A DNA stretch of 50,899 bases from Trichodelitschia bisporula (Eukaryota), in assembly GCA_010356995.1 (NCBI GenBank), contig ML996706.1, positions 625,789 through 676,687 of the forward strand. Reading direction: 5' to 3'. Both the position numbers and the translations under genes were made by a program. Shown here piece by piece: positions 1 to 13,491 of this stretch. Under the pieces are notes generated by a model, which was not told where the DNA came from, made no database searches, and saw only the letters and a list, made by a program, of their open reading frames with translations. Numbering within the stretch: the first letter of the stretch is position 1; each line of letters starts with the position of its first letter.

Positions 1-334
1 CAAGCTCGTAGCTTGCAGGCCTGTTGTCTAGCGTCCTCTCGTGGAACCTCAGTCCCCACGACCTCTCCACGATTAACCCCATAACCCTCGGCAAACAGTG
101 TCCCATCCTCTCCGCCACCGCGGCATTGACTCCTCTGCAGAACGGCATTCCCTCGCCTCGATCTCGCGCGCGCCCCCTCTCCAACCCATCCCCCACTCCG
201 TACCTCCCGATGCCGTTGAAGACGTCCATGCAACCCAACACACAGACATCCTTATCCCCCCGCAGGTCGTATCTCCAAGCCCCACATACGAAGTACAGCC
301 ACGAAGTACCTCCGCGGCGTTTAACCCGCACCAT
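1..334 (-). CDS. Hypothetical or degenerate coding fragment running off the left edge
   Basis: The minus-strand frame is open from ATG 334 (MVRVKRRGGTSWLYFVCGAWRYDLRGDKDVCVLGCMDVF...) to the window edge. Upstream (to ~790) is C-rich like local gene 5' ends but broken by stops. No family recognised. Confidence 0.25.
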   Translation of the reverse strand, partial: MVRVKRRGGTSWLYFVCGAWRYDLRGDKDVCVLGCMDVFNGIGRYGVGDGLERGRARDRGEGMPFCRGVNAAVAERMGHCLPRVMGLIVERSWGLRFHERTLDNRPASYEL

Positions 335-3300
335 TAAGCGCAGGGGTACATGTACCGTACCTCACCAGGGTCTTGCTCACGCATGCCGCGTCAAATCCAG
401 CTGGGCCCATCTCCACGACTGGCAACGCGGTCACACTTTGCAGCGCCTGGCGCCACGCCTGTGATCGCGCCCGCTGCTGCGGAGAAGCAGCTGATCAGAT
501 GCGCATGCGGGCTTCCCTGCTGTTTCTCACATGGATTGATGCTGTGCGCGCATAGGTTGATATGTGGAACTGTCGGCGTGGTGGTCCGCGCTTCCGCGCG
601 AGCCGGAGTGACTCTTTCACTATAGGTGTGCCTGCGTTGGCGACGTGCTGCTGTGCTGTATTGCTGGGGATGGGAGTGAGGGAGTCCGGTGTGAGGGGAT
701 TAAGGGGTTGGGGGCGGGGATTTGGCTGGATGTGTTTGGGGTTCGTGGGGGGGAGGGCGGTTGTTGCGAGGCCTTACTGGTACCCGTAGAGACGGAGTTC
801 ACGGGCTCAGTGCTATTTATGGGGTTGAAGACACGGTACTGGTGCTGTGTTCGCCTTGAGTGGGATGGAGAAGATTAGGGTGGGATGCTGTGGGTTTGTG
901 ATGTGATGAACTGACAATCCCGCGCTCGCGGGAATGAGAGAGGTGAAGGAGCTGATGAAAATGTCTTATGAGGGCCCGGCGCGTTGGGTTTCTGGACGGC
1001 TGAGGGAGAGACGGTTTGTGAGGGAAAGTTGGGCTGCGTTGGGTTGTCGGGCAGCAATCTGGTCTGACAGTCTTTCCGGGTAAGTTGTTCCCTTCGGTTT
1101 TACTGCTCTCCTTCAAACCGTTTCGTACCGTCGGTCTTGTTCTAGTTCTATTCCTCTAGGACATCCTTCTGACAAACGCGTTATCCCGAGTCCAGTCTCG
1201 AGGTATCCGATCCCCTGCCCTTCAGGCTCTTGTTGTTTTCCCGCCCCCTGGCCCGCGAGCGCTCCCATCGCCGGCATCACACAATGGAGCTGTACGAGTG
1301 TTCGTTGCGGGGGAGTATGGCACGGAGCCATCGCTGCTGCGCTCGGCTGAGGCTTGCTTTCAGTCATTTGAACCTGGTCACTGGTGCTTACTGCCGTTTT
1401 CGAGCCCATGGAGTTCCCTCAGTCACAGCGACGCTGGCGGCGATACTCTCAATCCAGTCGAACCTCATACCGTCCGAACAAGCTTTTCGAAGTTGATGCT
1501 TTGTCAAGACTCCTGCCTACGATCCTACTATTACAGACTCATGTTGCTAACGGACCGTTGATATACAGCGGGAGACGGGATGCTGCCGCTTCGCAGCTCC
1601 GTTACCGTCTCTGCATTGGCCTCACATCGCACACACCGTGTAACGGCGTGTAGCACGCTTGCAAAGCGCAGTCACGTCTCTCCGCTCATCGGTTCCCAGC
1701 AATGTGAACGACCGGAGGCTGTTTCCCGCTGGCAGCGAGACGCATTCTCCTCTCCGACGTCTGCAAATCCACCGCAACCCGCCCATCCGCAGCCATGAAG
1801 CTAGCCCCCTCTCCGACAAGCTTCCCCCACGCTGTACGCCGACACAATGGCCTAGACTCCGCACCCCCCCCGCTGCACGCCGGCCCAACAGCCTAGACTC
1901 CGCAGCCGTGGTCCTCAGTCCCGGGTACTCCCCATCGGCGCACCCATCTCTGACCACATGGCCAGCATCAAGTTGCCCGCCGGCACATTCAGCGTACGTC
2001 CACCCGCGGCCCTCGGCTGAGAAAACCTACATATCCATATCTCCCCTCAGGCCCCGTGACCGCATCGGATACCAACCCGCGCCGGCTGAATACCTACTGT
2101 GCAATGGGATGCGGAAGGCGGTTGTTGCTGCGGATGGAGGCCGGCGGCTGGCGAGCTGGCGGGAGGGTGAGGCGGCTGAGGGGATGGATTTGGGCTGGGG
2201 GGTGGAAGGGGAGGTGGAGGGGTGATTTGAGTGTGGAGGGCGCGCGGGTGGGCTGGTAGGGAAGCGGGCAAAGGCCTTGCTGAGCGGCTGTTGGTGGGAG
2301 CGGTTGGGTGCCTGATGTAGAGGGCTGGGGGGTCGGATACTGTGTGTGGGAGAGCGATGGGCGTGGGTTGGGGTCTTGGGACGCTGGGTGGGTTGAGGAG
2401 GGAGGCTGATGCGGAGATGTCTTTGGCTGGAGGGTTAAATACGGGAGACTGTGGGAATACCGGATGGTGTCGTGTTGGATGAATGGGACTTCTGTTGGGA
2501 GGAAATTGTTGGACTGCGTTATGCCGGAGAGGCGGATGTAAGGACGGCACAGGAGTCGCCATGGTGGTCTAACGGAAAAAATCCATAAAATGAAACAAGA
2601 TGGAGGCGAGAAGCGGGGATGCTGGCATAGGGAGCACTTGAGAACGTCCGTTTCGCGCCCAGCATGCTACCATTGATTCGCAAGGACATTATTTCCTAGC
2701 CCAAGTATCGACGGAAGGGGCACCAGGCGTAGAGCTCGAGGTTCTCGGCACTTATCTTTTCCCAAGGACAGAGGATCTACCAGATCCACTACTCAAATTT
2801 GATCACCATCATGTCTCCCTCCGCAGTCCCTCCCAAGACAGTGTACAAAGCCCATCTGCCCTCCCCTCTTGATCACCTCTCGCTGGCGACCTGCCTGTTA
2901 GAAAACCAGACGTCGCATCATGTGACTCAGCCTTGCCGGCGGACGGAGGCAGTGCGTCTCATCACCACTTCAAAATCCCACTCTGATATCGTCGTGCAAA
3001 TACTTGGACTACCTCACCAACCCGGTCACACGCGGTCTACCCGAAGGCCGCTACATCTCTCCACTCCCCTTGTAAGGCAAAGTTCGGCACGAACCAGCAT
3101 CGGTATCAAACTCCGTCAGCGTCCCCTCACGCCTCGCGGGACGTTGGAAAAAGGGTTGGAAATTGATTTAGGTCGAGACAGCGCCTTAAGCTGGAGGTCG
3201 CTGTGGGGTTTGATCATCGATATCTCAAGGCCTTCTCCTCAAGTGGCCTTTGAGAGGTGGGATGCTGCACGGCCAGCCAGGGCCATGCAAAGCGAGGCGG

Positions 3301-3503
3301 GCGCCAAAAGCATCCAGGCACGGCAACGTCGACAGATGCTCAACAACGACACATCGCATCGCATTCATTACACCATCTACACAAACAAAAACAATCCCCC
3401 AAGCGCCCATCTACCCACCCCCTCGTACCCGCCCCGCCCATCAACGCCCCATATCGCGCCATCCACCCCCCCCCAAACCTAGAACCCCACAACCCCACAA
3501 CAC

Positions 3504-5884
3504 CTACCGCACATGCCTCGCCTCCTCAATCGCCGCCCTACTCCCCTCCCCCGGCCACGCCTCCCCATGCAACAGCACACGATAAAGACACGTATGATTA
3601 GCCCCATAATTCCCCGTAACCCTCACCACCGCCCTCGTAGCACGAATATGCTCCGCCCCCTCCACAAACTCAAACGTCTGCGCACCACCCCCAACCCCCG
3701 GCCCAAAAGCATATTCAAACACAGACACACACCACCACCCCGCCTCCCCCCGCTCCCTCTTAGGCACCGCAAATTTACACGGCGCGTCGACGATGCGCAT
3801 GCGGCCCAGAGCGTCCCAGTCCATTTCGCCCTGGAGCCACACCTCAACGGACCGCGGCATGCCCCCGACGTCGAGCACGGCGTCGAAGACAGGCCCGTCG
3901 ATGGAGAGCGCGCGCGCGTGCACCGTGTGCGCCATGTCGACTGCGAGCTGGATGTGCCCGTACTTGTTCAGCGGACTGCACCAGCAGTTCCCGGGCTCGG
4001 TCCAGGGTTCCAGGGCCTGTAGGGGCGGTAACTGGCCGGGGAGCCAGAAGAGCGCTTTGTACCACCATGGATGTCTATGGCCGGATTTCCAGGTGGGCGT
4101 TGTCATTATCCCGTCGACTGTGGCGCCGAGTTGTGGGGAGAAGAAGTTTTTCATATGCGACAGGGGGCGCGGGGGCGCGGCGATGGGCACTTGGGGGGGA
4201 GGAGGGGCGGGGTGCGTGGCGCGCTCGGCGAGGTGCAGGATTTTGGATTCGACGGCTTTGAGGCGCTTTTCGAAGCGATGCAGGTTCGCTTTTAGCGGGT
4301 CGAGGGCGCGGAAGTCGAAGGCGCGGTCGATGGTGCGGTCGATGGTGGTGGAGGGGGGGTAGTTGAAGGAGCGGAGGAGGGCGAGGGTGCTTAGGATGAG
4401 GACGAGGATTTGGAGCCATGATGTTCCGGACAGCATGCGGCGCGGGGAATACCACGGTCTTGAGGGGGTGCCGGAGCGGGCGCGGTCGCGGGGTGGGGGA
4501 CGACGCGGGGTGGAGGTCTTGTCGCCACGGATCGATGCCTCGCGATAGAGGTCGTCGCGATGGGAGCCTGACCGCCGGGCAGCCAGTTCCTCGCGATGGA
4601 AGTCCGACAACTCATGACGAAGCGATCCGCCGTGCGCAGAACCCGGTGCGCCGCGGCGCGCAGGCGATCCCTCAGTCGTGGGAAGCGCGCTCTCGTCCCT
4701 GGCAGGCGATTCCACGATTGTGGGGAGCGAATAGCGGCGCTCTGCATATGACACCTCGGGGTCTGGATAGAACTGCGAAAGACGGGAATTATCCGAAGCG
4801 ACGGAGCCATTCTCACTCTCCGTGATTGAACCTTTCGAGGCAAACCTCCCCCCCTCGCCACGGTTAAGGGGACGCTTCTTGCTCTTCGCCCTAGTGCCCG
4901 CTCCACCGAACAGCGGCGGCAATCTCCAGCGGCCACCGACCACGCCGTAAGTCTCGTCGTCGTCGTCGTCGTCGGATTCGGCGTCCGGCTCCCGCTGCAT
5001 GGAGTCGTGCATCGCGGTTGCGATTTCTTGCTCTGTGAAGGCGGAGGGCACGTGAGGGCCCGGGTCTTCGGTGTATGCGCGCGTGTAGTCCTCGCGCCTG
5101 TAGGAGTTGACGAGGTGGATCATCTCGGCGGACCCAAGAGTCACCATTGGGGATTCCGGGGTGGCGGGCGGGACGGCGGTAGTGGGTTCGCCGCGGGTGC
5201 TGTTGGTGGTGGGCGCGGCGGGTGGGACAGCGGGGGTAGGTTCGCTGCGGGTGCTGTTGATCAAGTGCACGACAGGTGGGACGGTAGCAGTGCCTTCGCT
5301 GTGGGTGGGGCTCTGGGCGTGGCTCTGGGCGTGGCTCTGGGCGTCAACAGTAGAAGCTGAGGGAGGCGGTCCCATATCCTCTGGTAGAACCGGGTACCGC
5401 GGGTCATGCCCCGGCCCCGGCGGCTGCGGGTATATCTTAATCGGCTCATGCCCGCGCGCCGCATATTCCGGCCCCGCGACATGACTCCAACCGATTCCGC
5501 CCTTGAGCGGCGCACGGCGTGGCTGCGCAGACCCCGCGCGCGGCGTCTCGGTCCAGACGTCGCCGGTGCCATCAACAGCGGCCGGCGCAGTGTCTCCTGC
5601 TTGTGTCAGGTCCTCCGCAATCGCGTCCTCCAGGTGCCGCGCTAACGAACTCTTGTTCTTGTAGGTCATGAGCGCGGGCACGGTGTGGGTGTGGCCGGCG
5701 CCGTAGGTGTGCGATGGGCTGCCGGAGGCGGCGAAGGGGAGTTTGCGGGGGGGGCGGTCGCGACGCGTCGCGCGGGGGGGGGTGCCGTTGACTGGGACGG
5801 GCTGCGCGTGGGGTTAGAGACGAAAACTAGACGGTGACGGGAAGGCCACGGAAAACTTACTCCAGAGTTATCGCGAAGTGACAT
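3504..5884 (-). CDS. SUN-domain nuclear envelope / spindle pole body protein (Sad1/Mps3-like), ~773 aa
   Basis: Exons 5884-5861 (MSLRDNSG) and 5801-3504; intron 5860-5802 (GTAAGT..CTAAC..CAG) keeps frame. The protein has a disordered N-terminus, one TM helix (WLQILVLILSTLALL), a coiled coil and a C-terminal SUN domain (NFFSPQLGATVD, WTEPGNCWC, NYGANHTCLYRVLLHG). Confidence 0.88.
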
Positions 5885-6235
5885 TGCTGGTGTTGCGGGC
5901 GCAAAGCGCGTGCTGCGGCGGTGAGAGGGAAAAGTGGGGAGGGAGACGATAGAATGTGGGAGGAGAAGAGATGGAGAGGTTTGCGGGAGACGGTGAGGAC
6001 AGAAGTATGCGACTGAACTGCAGGTGGCCGCATTCGTCGGCGTTGCATTCCTTTTCAGCGCGGATTGTTTTGTTGAGAGTGTTTTCTTTGATGTTGCCGG
6101 GCGTTCTTTTGTGTTGTCAACTTTGCTCCACTGACGCCCGACACCAGACAGATGCGTTGGCAGCCTGAGGTTTGCTGGCCGCAAGCGGACCCACGTCATT
6201 GGGCACTGGTGCGTGTGGGGAAGCAGGGGGGGCGG

Positions 6236-6237
<2 letters not shown>

Positions 6238-6264
<27 letters not shown>
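6238..6264 (+). repeat. G27 homopolymer (G-quadruplex-capable) upstream of the SUN gene
   Basis: 27 consecutive G read directly from the sequence. Confidence 0.95.
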
Positions 6265-6266
<2 letters not shown>

Positions 6267-7261
6267 AGGAGAAGGCTGATCCGCCTGCGGCCTGGGACCG
6301 CTCACTCCTCACCGAACAACCACACGCGCCTCATGCACGACATTTCTTCTGGAGGTCTCTCGTCTCGTCTTCTCAGCGGCCGCCATTGTTTGCTGACTCC
6401 TGCTGGACGAGTCTTGTGCATATCGTACCTCGTACCTTGCAGCCTCGTCTTAAAGCTGTCAATGGTGATTGGACACGCTTCCTTTCACCACGTTGCGGAC
6501 CTGGTGCCTTGCTGTCAAACGAAACAGATGTATATGCACGAGCTTGAGCCTCATCAAAGGGAAGGCCATCCATCATTGACGTCTAAGAGCCAGCATGCGA
6601 AGATCATTTGCGTCCTTGTCGCGAAGCTATTTTCAGGACGATTCTGGTTGTTTGACTCTTATGATGAGTGCTGCTTCACTGTCCCCGAGGTTTGCCGCCA
6701 TCACCACGGCCGAGTCAGGATGTCGGGATGAAAGATTCTCTCAACCACGTTTGTAGGGCCAAGTCTACCTTCGACCGCGACAAACGCTGGCCCGGAATGA
6801 GAGCCATCTACTCGTGCTCGGCATCTGACAAGGACCAAGCAATGAACTCCCAATGTGTTGCCAACAGCAACCTCAGTGGAATGTGATGCTTGACGTGGGC
6901 AAGAGGAAAAGAGATGCTCGTTCAGCATCAGAAAGGTGTCGCGTTCTTGCAACTGATGCGGTATCCGCTCTGCGTCCAGCACACGAAATACCGCAGCTTT
7001 TGCTTCATCTCGCTACGACCCATCCACAGAACCTGCAAAGCCTCAAACAAAACGCTGCCTGGTGCAGTCATGTCCACAACGAGGAAAACAGCACACCCTG
7101 TTGCCCTTCAAGCTTGGAACAGACGCCCATGACATCCTTCATTTTGTACTGCTGGTTCTTCCAGGTGTGGGCACTGGTCCGTTACATGAAAACGGCGTAT
7201 GGACAACTTCCTGAAAGGATTATTCCGCCAAAGTCTTCACCACGAAAGGCACATCAGCTTT

Positions 7262-7357
7262 GTGCTGATTGAGCCGATTCGTGCCGATTGTGTCGATTGT
7301 GCCGATTGTGCCGATTGTGCCGATTGTGCCGATTGTGCCGATTGTGCCGATTGTGTC
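7262..7357. repeat. 9-bp tandem repeat (GTGCCGATT), ~10 copies
   Basis: Eight near-perfect units at 7281-7352 plus degenerate flanking units. Confidence 0.95.
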
Positions 7358-7507
7358 AAAGTTCTTTGTTTGCTGAAAGCGCCCCGTGAGGCAACCCTTT
7401 GATATCTCGCTGGACGAGACCACTCCAAGGGCCACCCGAAAAAGGCATGTCCCCCTCTCTCCACAATTTGGCAGAGGCCATGCTGCCGGGGTGGTCATGA
7501 CTTTCGC

Positions 7508-7585
7508 GATGAGCTTTTGCGCTGAGCTTTTGCGCTGAGCCTTTGCGCTGAGCCTTTGCGCTGAGCTTTTGCGATGAGCTTGTGC
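7508..7585. repeat. 13-bp tandem repeat (GCTGAGCYTTTGC) x6
   Basis: Six consecutive units, ~240 bp upstream of the GAL10 ATG. Confidence 0.95.
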
Positions 7586-7819
7586 TCCCACTCCGGAGCT
7601 CTCCCTCAGCTCCAGCCATGGTTATGTAAGCCAGTTTGGCCCCGCGACTGGTGGCGCATGTCATCCTTGATGTGGCGCTGCTGTGCAATGGTGCCACCCG
7701 ACTTGAGTTGAACAGTTTGCATCTTCTCGCACACCGCTCAGCTTCCTCAGCTGTCGCCTCGACTCTCGTTCGTTTTGTCTCACACCTAGCCCTCCCAACT
7801 GACACCGCCCCTCTTCACC

Positions 7820-9084
<1,265 letters not shown>

Positions 9085-9540
9085 GAGTGATTTCTCCGAT
9101 GATTTTACAGTTTTAAAAAGTAAGTAGTTGGATAGAAGGCATGCCTATTCCAATCGGCAATAGCAATGCATCGGCTTGCTATACATCGGCTATCTCGAGT
9201 TGCACAAGACGCGGGGCAAAACTTGAGTCACCCCATGCTTACGTGACTTTGCTTGCGGTAATGGAGCCCTCTCTAATGGGGCCAGCAACCAATGAGGGTC
9301 AAAACGCTTGTGGGTACATCCGCTCACCGCCCGTTTTGTTACGCCACATCCGCCGGCAGATGGTGGCAACCCCACCAACACCAAATAATGATCATCACCA
9401 AGCCACTCCCTCTCCTCCTCCGCCTCCACGCATCAATCCCACTCCGTCGCGCCCCTTTGCGTGTACTGTGCCCGCCGGTCGTCCTCCGGCTTCGATCAGG
9501 CCATTTCCGAGCTCTCCACTCAAGTCAATCAAGAAACGCG

Positions 9541-9547
9541 TGAGTCA
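9541..9547. promoter_or_regulatory. Gcn4/CpcA-type site TGAGTCA upstream of ARC1 (second copy at 9224-9230)
   Basis: Two exact TGA(C/G)TCA sites within 370 bp of the ARC1 ATG. Aminoacylation genes are typical cross-pathway-control targets; function here is inferred. Confidence 0.5.
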
Positions 9548-9591
9548 AACGCCGCTCTTCCTCACGTCGCTAAATCCGCAGAACCCGCACC

Positions 9592-10887
9592 ATGGCCTCC
9601 TCAACCCCCACCTGGTCCCCCAACGCCCTCTCCCTCATCGCCCAAATCAACCCCGCCGTCGACCCATCCATGGACCCCGCCGTCCTCTCCTCCGCCCTCT
9701 ACCCAATCGTCAAATACACCCCGGACGAAGCCGCGGAAATCGAACGCTGGGCCAGCTTTGCCGCCTCGGACCTCACCCCCGAGAAGCTCGGTGAGCTGAA
9801 CACGCACCTGTCGAGCCGCACCACGGTGCTCGGGTCCAAGCCGTCCGTCGCCGATCTAGCGCTGTACGCGGCGCTCCAGCAGCTGGTTCCGAAGTGGACG
9901 CCGGAGGAGCGCACGGGTGAACATGGGTATCATCATGTTGTCCGCTATGTCGATTTTGTGCAGAATGCGCCCGTCTCCGGGCTGGCGCTGGGGAAGAGGG
10001 TCGCGATTGATGTGGATCAGGTGCTTGTGCCCGTGAAGCCGCTGGATGTGAAGGCGGAGAAGGAGAGGAAGAAGAGGGAGAAGGAGGCTGCGGAGCAGAA
10101 GGCCAAGGGGGCGTCTGGTGAGAAGGGTGCGCCGGCGAAGGAGACTGCTGTCCCCGCTGCTGCTGGCGCGCCTGCTCCGGCCGAGCAGCCGACCCCGGCG
10201 CACGCGAACAAGAAGGAAAAGAAGGAGAAAAAGGAAAAGGCCCCGAAGCCTCCCAAGGCGCCAGCGGCGCCGGAAAAACCCCCCTCCCCCGCCGCCATCG
10301 ATCTCCGCGTCGGACATATCCTGAAGGCAATCCAGCACCCCAACGCCGACAGCCTGTACGTGAGCACCATTGCCGTGGGCGACGCTCCGGGGACTGAAAA
10401 CACGGCTGAATATGAGGGGCGGGTTGTGCGGACTGTGTGCTCGGGGTTGAACGGGTTGGTGCCGCTGGAGGCGATGCAGGGGAGGAAGATTGTTGCGGTG
10501 TGTAACTTGAAGCCGGTTACTATGCGGGGGGTCAAGAGTTGTGCGATGGTGCTTGCGGCGAGTCCCCGCGTGCAGGAGGGGGGGGATGCGCATGCTGGCC
10601 CGGTGGAGCTTGTGGCTCCGCCTGAGGGGGCGGAGGCGGGGGAGAGGGTGTTTTTTGAGGGGTGGGAGGGACAGCCGGAGGGGGTGCTCAATCCGAAGAA
10701 GAAGGTTTGGGAGACTTTTCAACCGGGGTTTACGACTACGGATGGGCTGGAGGTGGCGTTTGAGGCGGGTGCTGTGCCGGTTTGTAAGGAGGTTTGCGAG
10801 AAGGAGGGGAAGAAGGACGTCGCGGTGCTGCGGACGAAGCAGGGGGTTTGCAAGGTGGAGACGTTGAAGGGGGCGACGGTTAGGTAG
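9592..10887 (+). CDS. ARC1: tRNA-aminoacylation cofactor Arc1 (GST-like N-terminus, Lys-rich linker, tRNA-binding OB fold)
   Basis: Single-exon 431 aa ORF; motifs IDLRVGHILKAIQHPNADSLYVSTI, RTVCSGLNG, VCNLKPVTMRGVKSCAMVLAAS, LNPKKKVWETFQPGF. Confidence 0.95.
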   Translation: MASSTPTWSPNALSLIAQINPAVDPSMDPAVLSSALYPIVKYTPDEAAEIERWASFAASDLTPEKLGELNTHLSSRTTVLGSKPSVADLALYAALQQLVPKWTPEERTGEHGYHHVVRYVDFVQNAPVSGLALGKRVAIDVDQVLVPVKPLDVKAEKERKKREKEAAEQKAKGASGEKGAPAKETAVPAAAGAPAPAEQPTPAHANKKEKKEKKEKAPKPPKAPAAPEKPPSPAAIDLRVGHILKAIQHPNADSLYVSTIAVGDAPGTENTAEYEGRVVRTVCSGLNGLVPLEAMQGRKIVAVCNLKPVTMRGVKSCAMVLAASPRVQEGGDAHAGPVELVAPPEGAEAGERVFFEGWEGQPEGVLNPKKKVWETFQPGFTTTDGLEVAFEAGAVPVCKEVCEKEGKKDVAVLRTKQGVCKVETLKGATVR

Positions 10888-11433
10888 GTAGGTGTTAGGA
10901 TGGGGAAAAGCTTGCTGGCTTGTTTATGATGGGCGCGAGGTAGACGTGAAATGGTCTTTGAAGTGGTGAGAATCTGATGCTGAGTCCTTCCACCCCCTTT
11001 TTTCCGAGGGCATAGTCCGCCTGCTTGCGCATACCTTCGTTTGAAAGTCGAGCCCCCGGGAAGTTCTTACGATGAGGCCTGACACTCGCGACCATGGACA
11101 CTGTGCGTGAAACTTTGTTACTCCTATCTTCTCACATTGCTCTGCCGTGGCCTGCTCTCCGCCTTCACCTTCTTCTTATCCCCTTTTGACCTCGGTGAGT
11201 GCTCGGATTAGACTTAACGTCCTACCGATCATGACTTTTACTCGTTGTCCAGGACAGGTGAGGCGCGCGCCTCCCTAAACATTTGACACGAAGTGGCCGT
11301 ACTGCCTCCCATAGACTGATGTGGTTATAGAAGGAGCATTCTCATGTAAGCAAGCTACATGATGTAATGCGAGTATAATAGAAGGAAGGAGCAAAGGAGG
11401 ATCCTAGGTATCGTGTGTTCGAGTCTCGAGAGC

Positions 11434-11652
11434 CTCTTCCTCTCTTCCTCTCTTCCTCTCTTCCTCTCTTCCTCTCTTCCTCTCTTCCTCTCTTCCTCTC
11501 TTCCTCTCTTCCTCTCTTCCNNNNNNNNNNNNNNNNNNNNNNNNNNNNNNNNNNNNNNNNNNNNNCTCTTCCTCTCTTCCTCTCTTCCTCTCTTCCTCTC
11601 TTCCTCTCTTCCTCTCTTCCTCTCTTCCTCTCTTCCTCTCTTCCTCTCTTCC
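11434..11652. repeat. (CCTCTCTT)n microsatellite containing a 45-N assembly gap
   Basis: Perfect 8-bp units on both sides of Ns at 11521-11565; the true length is unknown. Confidence 0.97.
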
Positions 11653-11852
11653 CCTCTTTATCTTCGACTTCAATCTTCAATTTGCACAGATGCCATTGCC
11701 CGTATACGAGCCTTACTCCCATCATGCACTCCGGGTGCTTCACACCCATAAACCATCCACGCAGCCATCCAGCCTCATCCAGTCCGCTCTCAGCCTCGCC
11801 AACAACCTAAAAGTCAAGAAGGGTCCCTTTCCAACCACACCCCAATTCCCAA

Positions 11853-12927
11853 CTACGCGCCAGTCACACACTTGCACTTCTGATACGCCCCCCCACAAAC
11901 ATAGCAAAACTCATACTTGCATTGACACCTGCAGCACGTAAGTCAGCATCCCTCACTTCTACTCCCAGCCTCAAACGTACGTCATGTGATCGCACCCCTC
12001 CGTCTTCTCCACCATCTGCAAGCACTTGGCACATCTCTGCCAACCCCGCTTCTTGCCCAACTTGAGCACGTCCGCCAGGTCCGGGTCCTCGGGACAGCCG
12101 TCGCCTTTCGCATGGGCGGGCCGTTTGCAGCGCGGGCAGGTGCTGTGCCCGCACTTGCACTTCGCTTTGTGCTTGGTGATGCGGAGGGGGGGGATGAATT
12201 TGCTGCAGCGGGGGTTGGAGCAGTAGATTTTGTGAGGCGTGGTGTGTTCCAGTTCGGCGTCTTTGTAGGCTTGTACCTCCGAGGCGGAGAGTTGGGCTGA
12301 TATCATGGACAGCGGGATCGGCTTGCGGCAGCAGTGCGGCGGGAAGAGTGACTGATCGTTCACGGCGCGGAGGAAATGGTCTTTCAAGCAGCCCTTGCAG
12401 AACAGGTGAGCCCCGCAAGGCAAACGCGCAATATCAGCCCTCTTCGTCTCCGTCCCGCACACATTGCACTCCGGCTTCACCTTCGCGAACTGCCGCAGGG
12501 CGGCCGCTTGCTGCTGGACATACGAGGTGGAAGGATCGGTTTTATCTCCCCGCGGACGTGTCTCGGCCTGTGCCTGCACCGTAGCCTTGAACACATTCTC
12601 CGCCTGCGCCGCAGCATGCTTCACCGCGTGCTCCTGGCCCTCGCCACTCCCCGCCGCCATGAGCACGGCGAGGTGGTGATCAGCCTGGGCCTGGGCATCG
12701 GCACGCGTCATCTGCCACACGGCGTCCGCGTCGGTTTCAACGGCGTAGGCGATGCGGTGTGTGAGTTGTTCGTCGCGGATCAGGTCCATTTGCGTCTGGA
12801 TTTCGGTTTGGAGCGCGGTTTTGGCCGGGGCATCGCCGGGGCCTTTGCCGGCATTTTTCCATCTCCGCTTAAGATGGGCGAGCTTGGCGTCTAGCTGCTG
12901 GATGGTGGAGGGGGAGGGGGGAGCCAT
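11853..12927 (-). CDS. RBR (RING-IBR-RING) E3 ubiquitin ligase, Ariadne/IBR-domain-like
   Basis: Exons 12927-11981 and 11928-11853; intron 11980-11929 (GTACGT..GCTGAC..CAG). RING1 CNVC..PCGAHLFCKGC, SLFPPHCC; IBR YCSNPRCSKF..CKCGHSTCPRCK..H; RING2 WQRCAKC..EKTEGCDHMTCQCKYEFCYVCG. Confidence 0.92.
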
Positions 12928-13491
12928 GCTGCCGGTGTGCTTTGGGGGAGGATGGAAGGGTCGTGAGTGTGTATGGGAGATATGCAAAAATGCTTTCGGG
13001 CGGCGCGAGGCTGGCCGGAGAGCTAGGTTGACAAGAGTCGGGTTCGAAGCTCACGGGGAACTATATGTACGTCAGCTTTCGGTCTTCCAGAAGGTTGTGA
13101 GGGCACATCGTCACCCGCCTAGTCATCTATGCCACAGTACAGTCGGAACCAGAAACATCGCGGACATCCAGCCGTCCTCGCAGTGAGGCGGACGTGGGGT
13201 ACACCGACACACGCTCCCCACGTGACATAGATGGATATGATTTGACGAAGTGACGTGGACGGCTAGATGCGGCTCCAACGCTCCACGGCATATGGACGTC
13301 GTGCATGACTGTTCCAGTCTGCTGGCCACGTCAAAGAGGTGGCGGGAGGCCGCGACAGTCGGAAAGACAATGCCAGACGCCTAGATGTGGAGGATCGCTG
13401 CCAGGATCCCTAACGCAGCCTCTTGCAGGAACGCTGATCGAGAAGAAGCTGTAGCGTTCGACATTCCTACACGAGAAGGTCTGCTTCTGAC

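Noticed and set aside
1622..2562. Pro-rich minus-strand ORF 2562-2047 with a good start context and protein-like downstream frames
   Set aside because: No recognisable domain and multiple stops downstream; may be a gene relic but cannot be supported.
6300..7272. Short ORFs between the SUN gene and GAL10
   Set aside because: No recognisable homology, codon bias or consistent splice structure.
7262..7585. Tandem repeats as a CRISPR-like array or coding repeats (CAD/GTI/AQS ORFs)
   Set aside because: No unique spacers, eukaryotic context, and the ORFs are by-products of stop-free repeat units.
11342..11810. REEERKRG / LFLSSSLP ORFs
   Set aside because: Translations of an 8-bp microsatellite spanning a gap.
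11853..11900. Apparent frameshift at the G7 run in the RBR last exon
   Set aside because: After splicing the frame reads FCYVCGGAYQKCKC intact; the ORF track shows a different frame.
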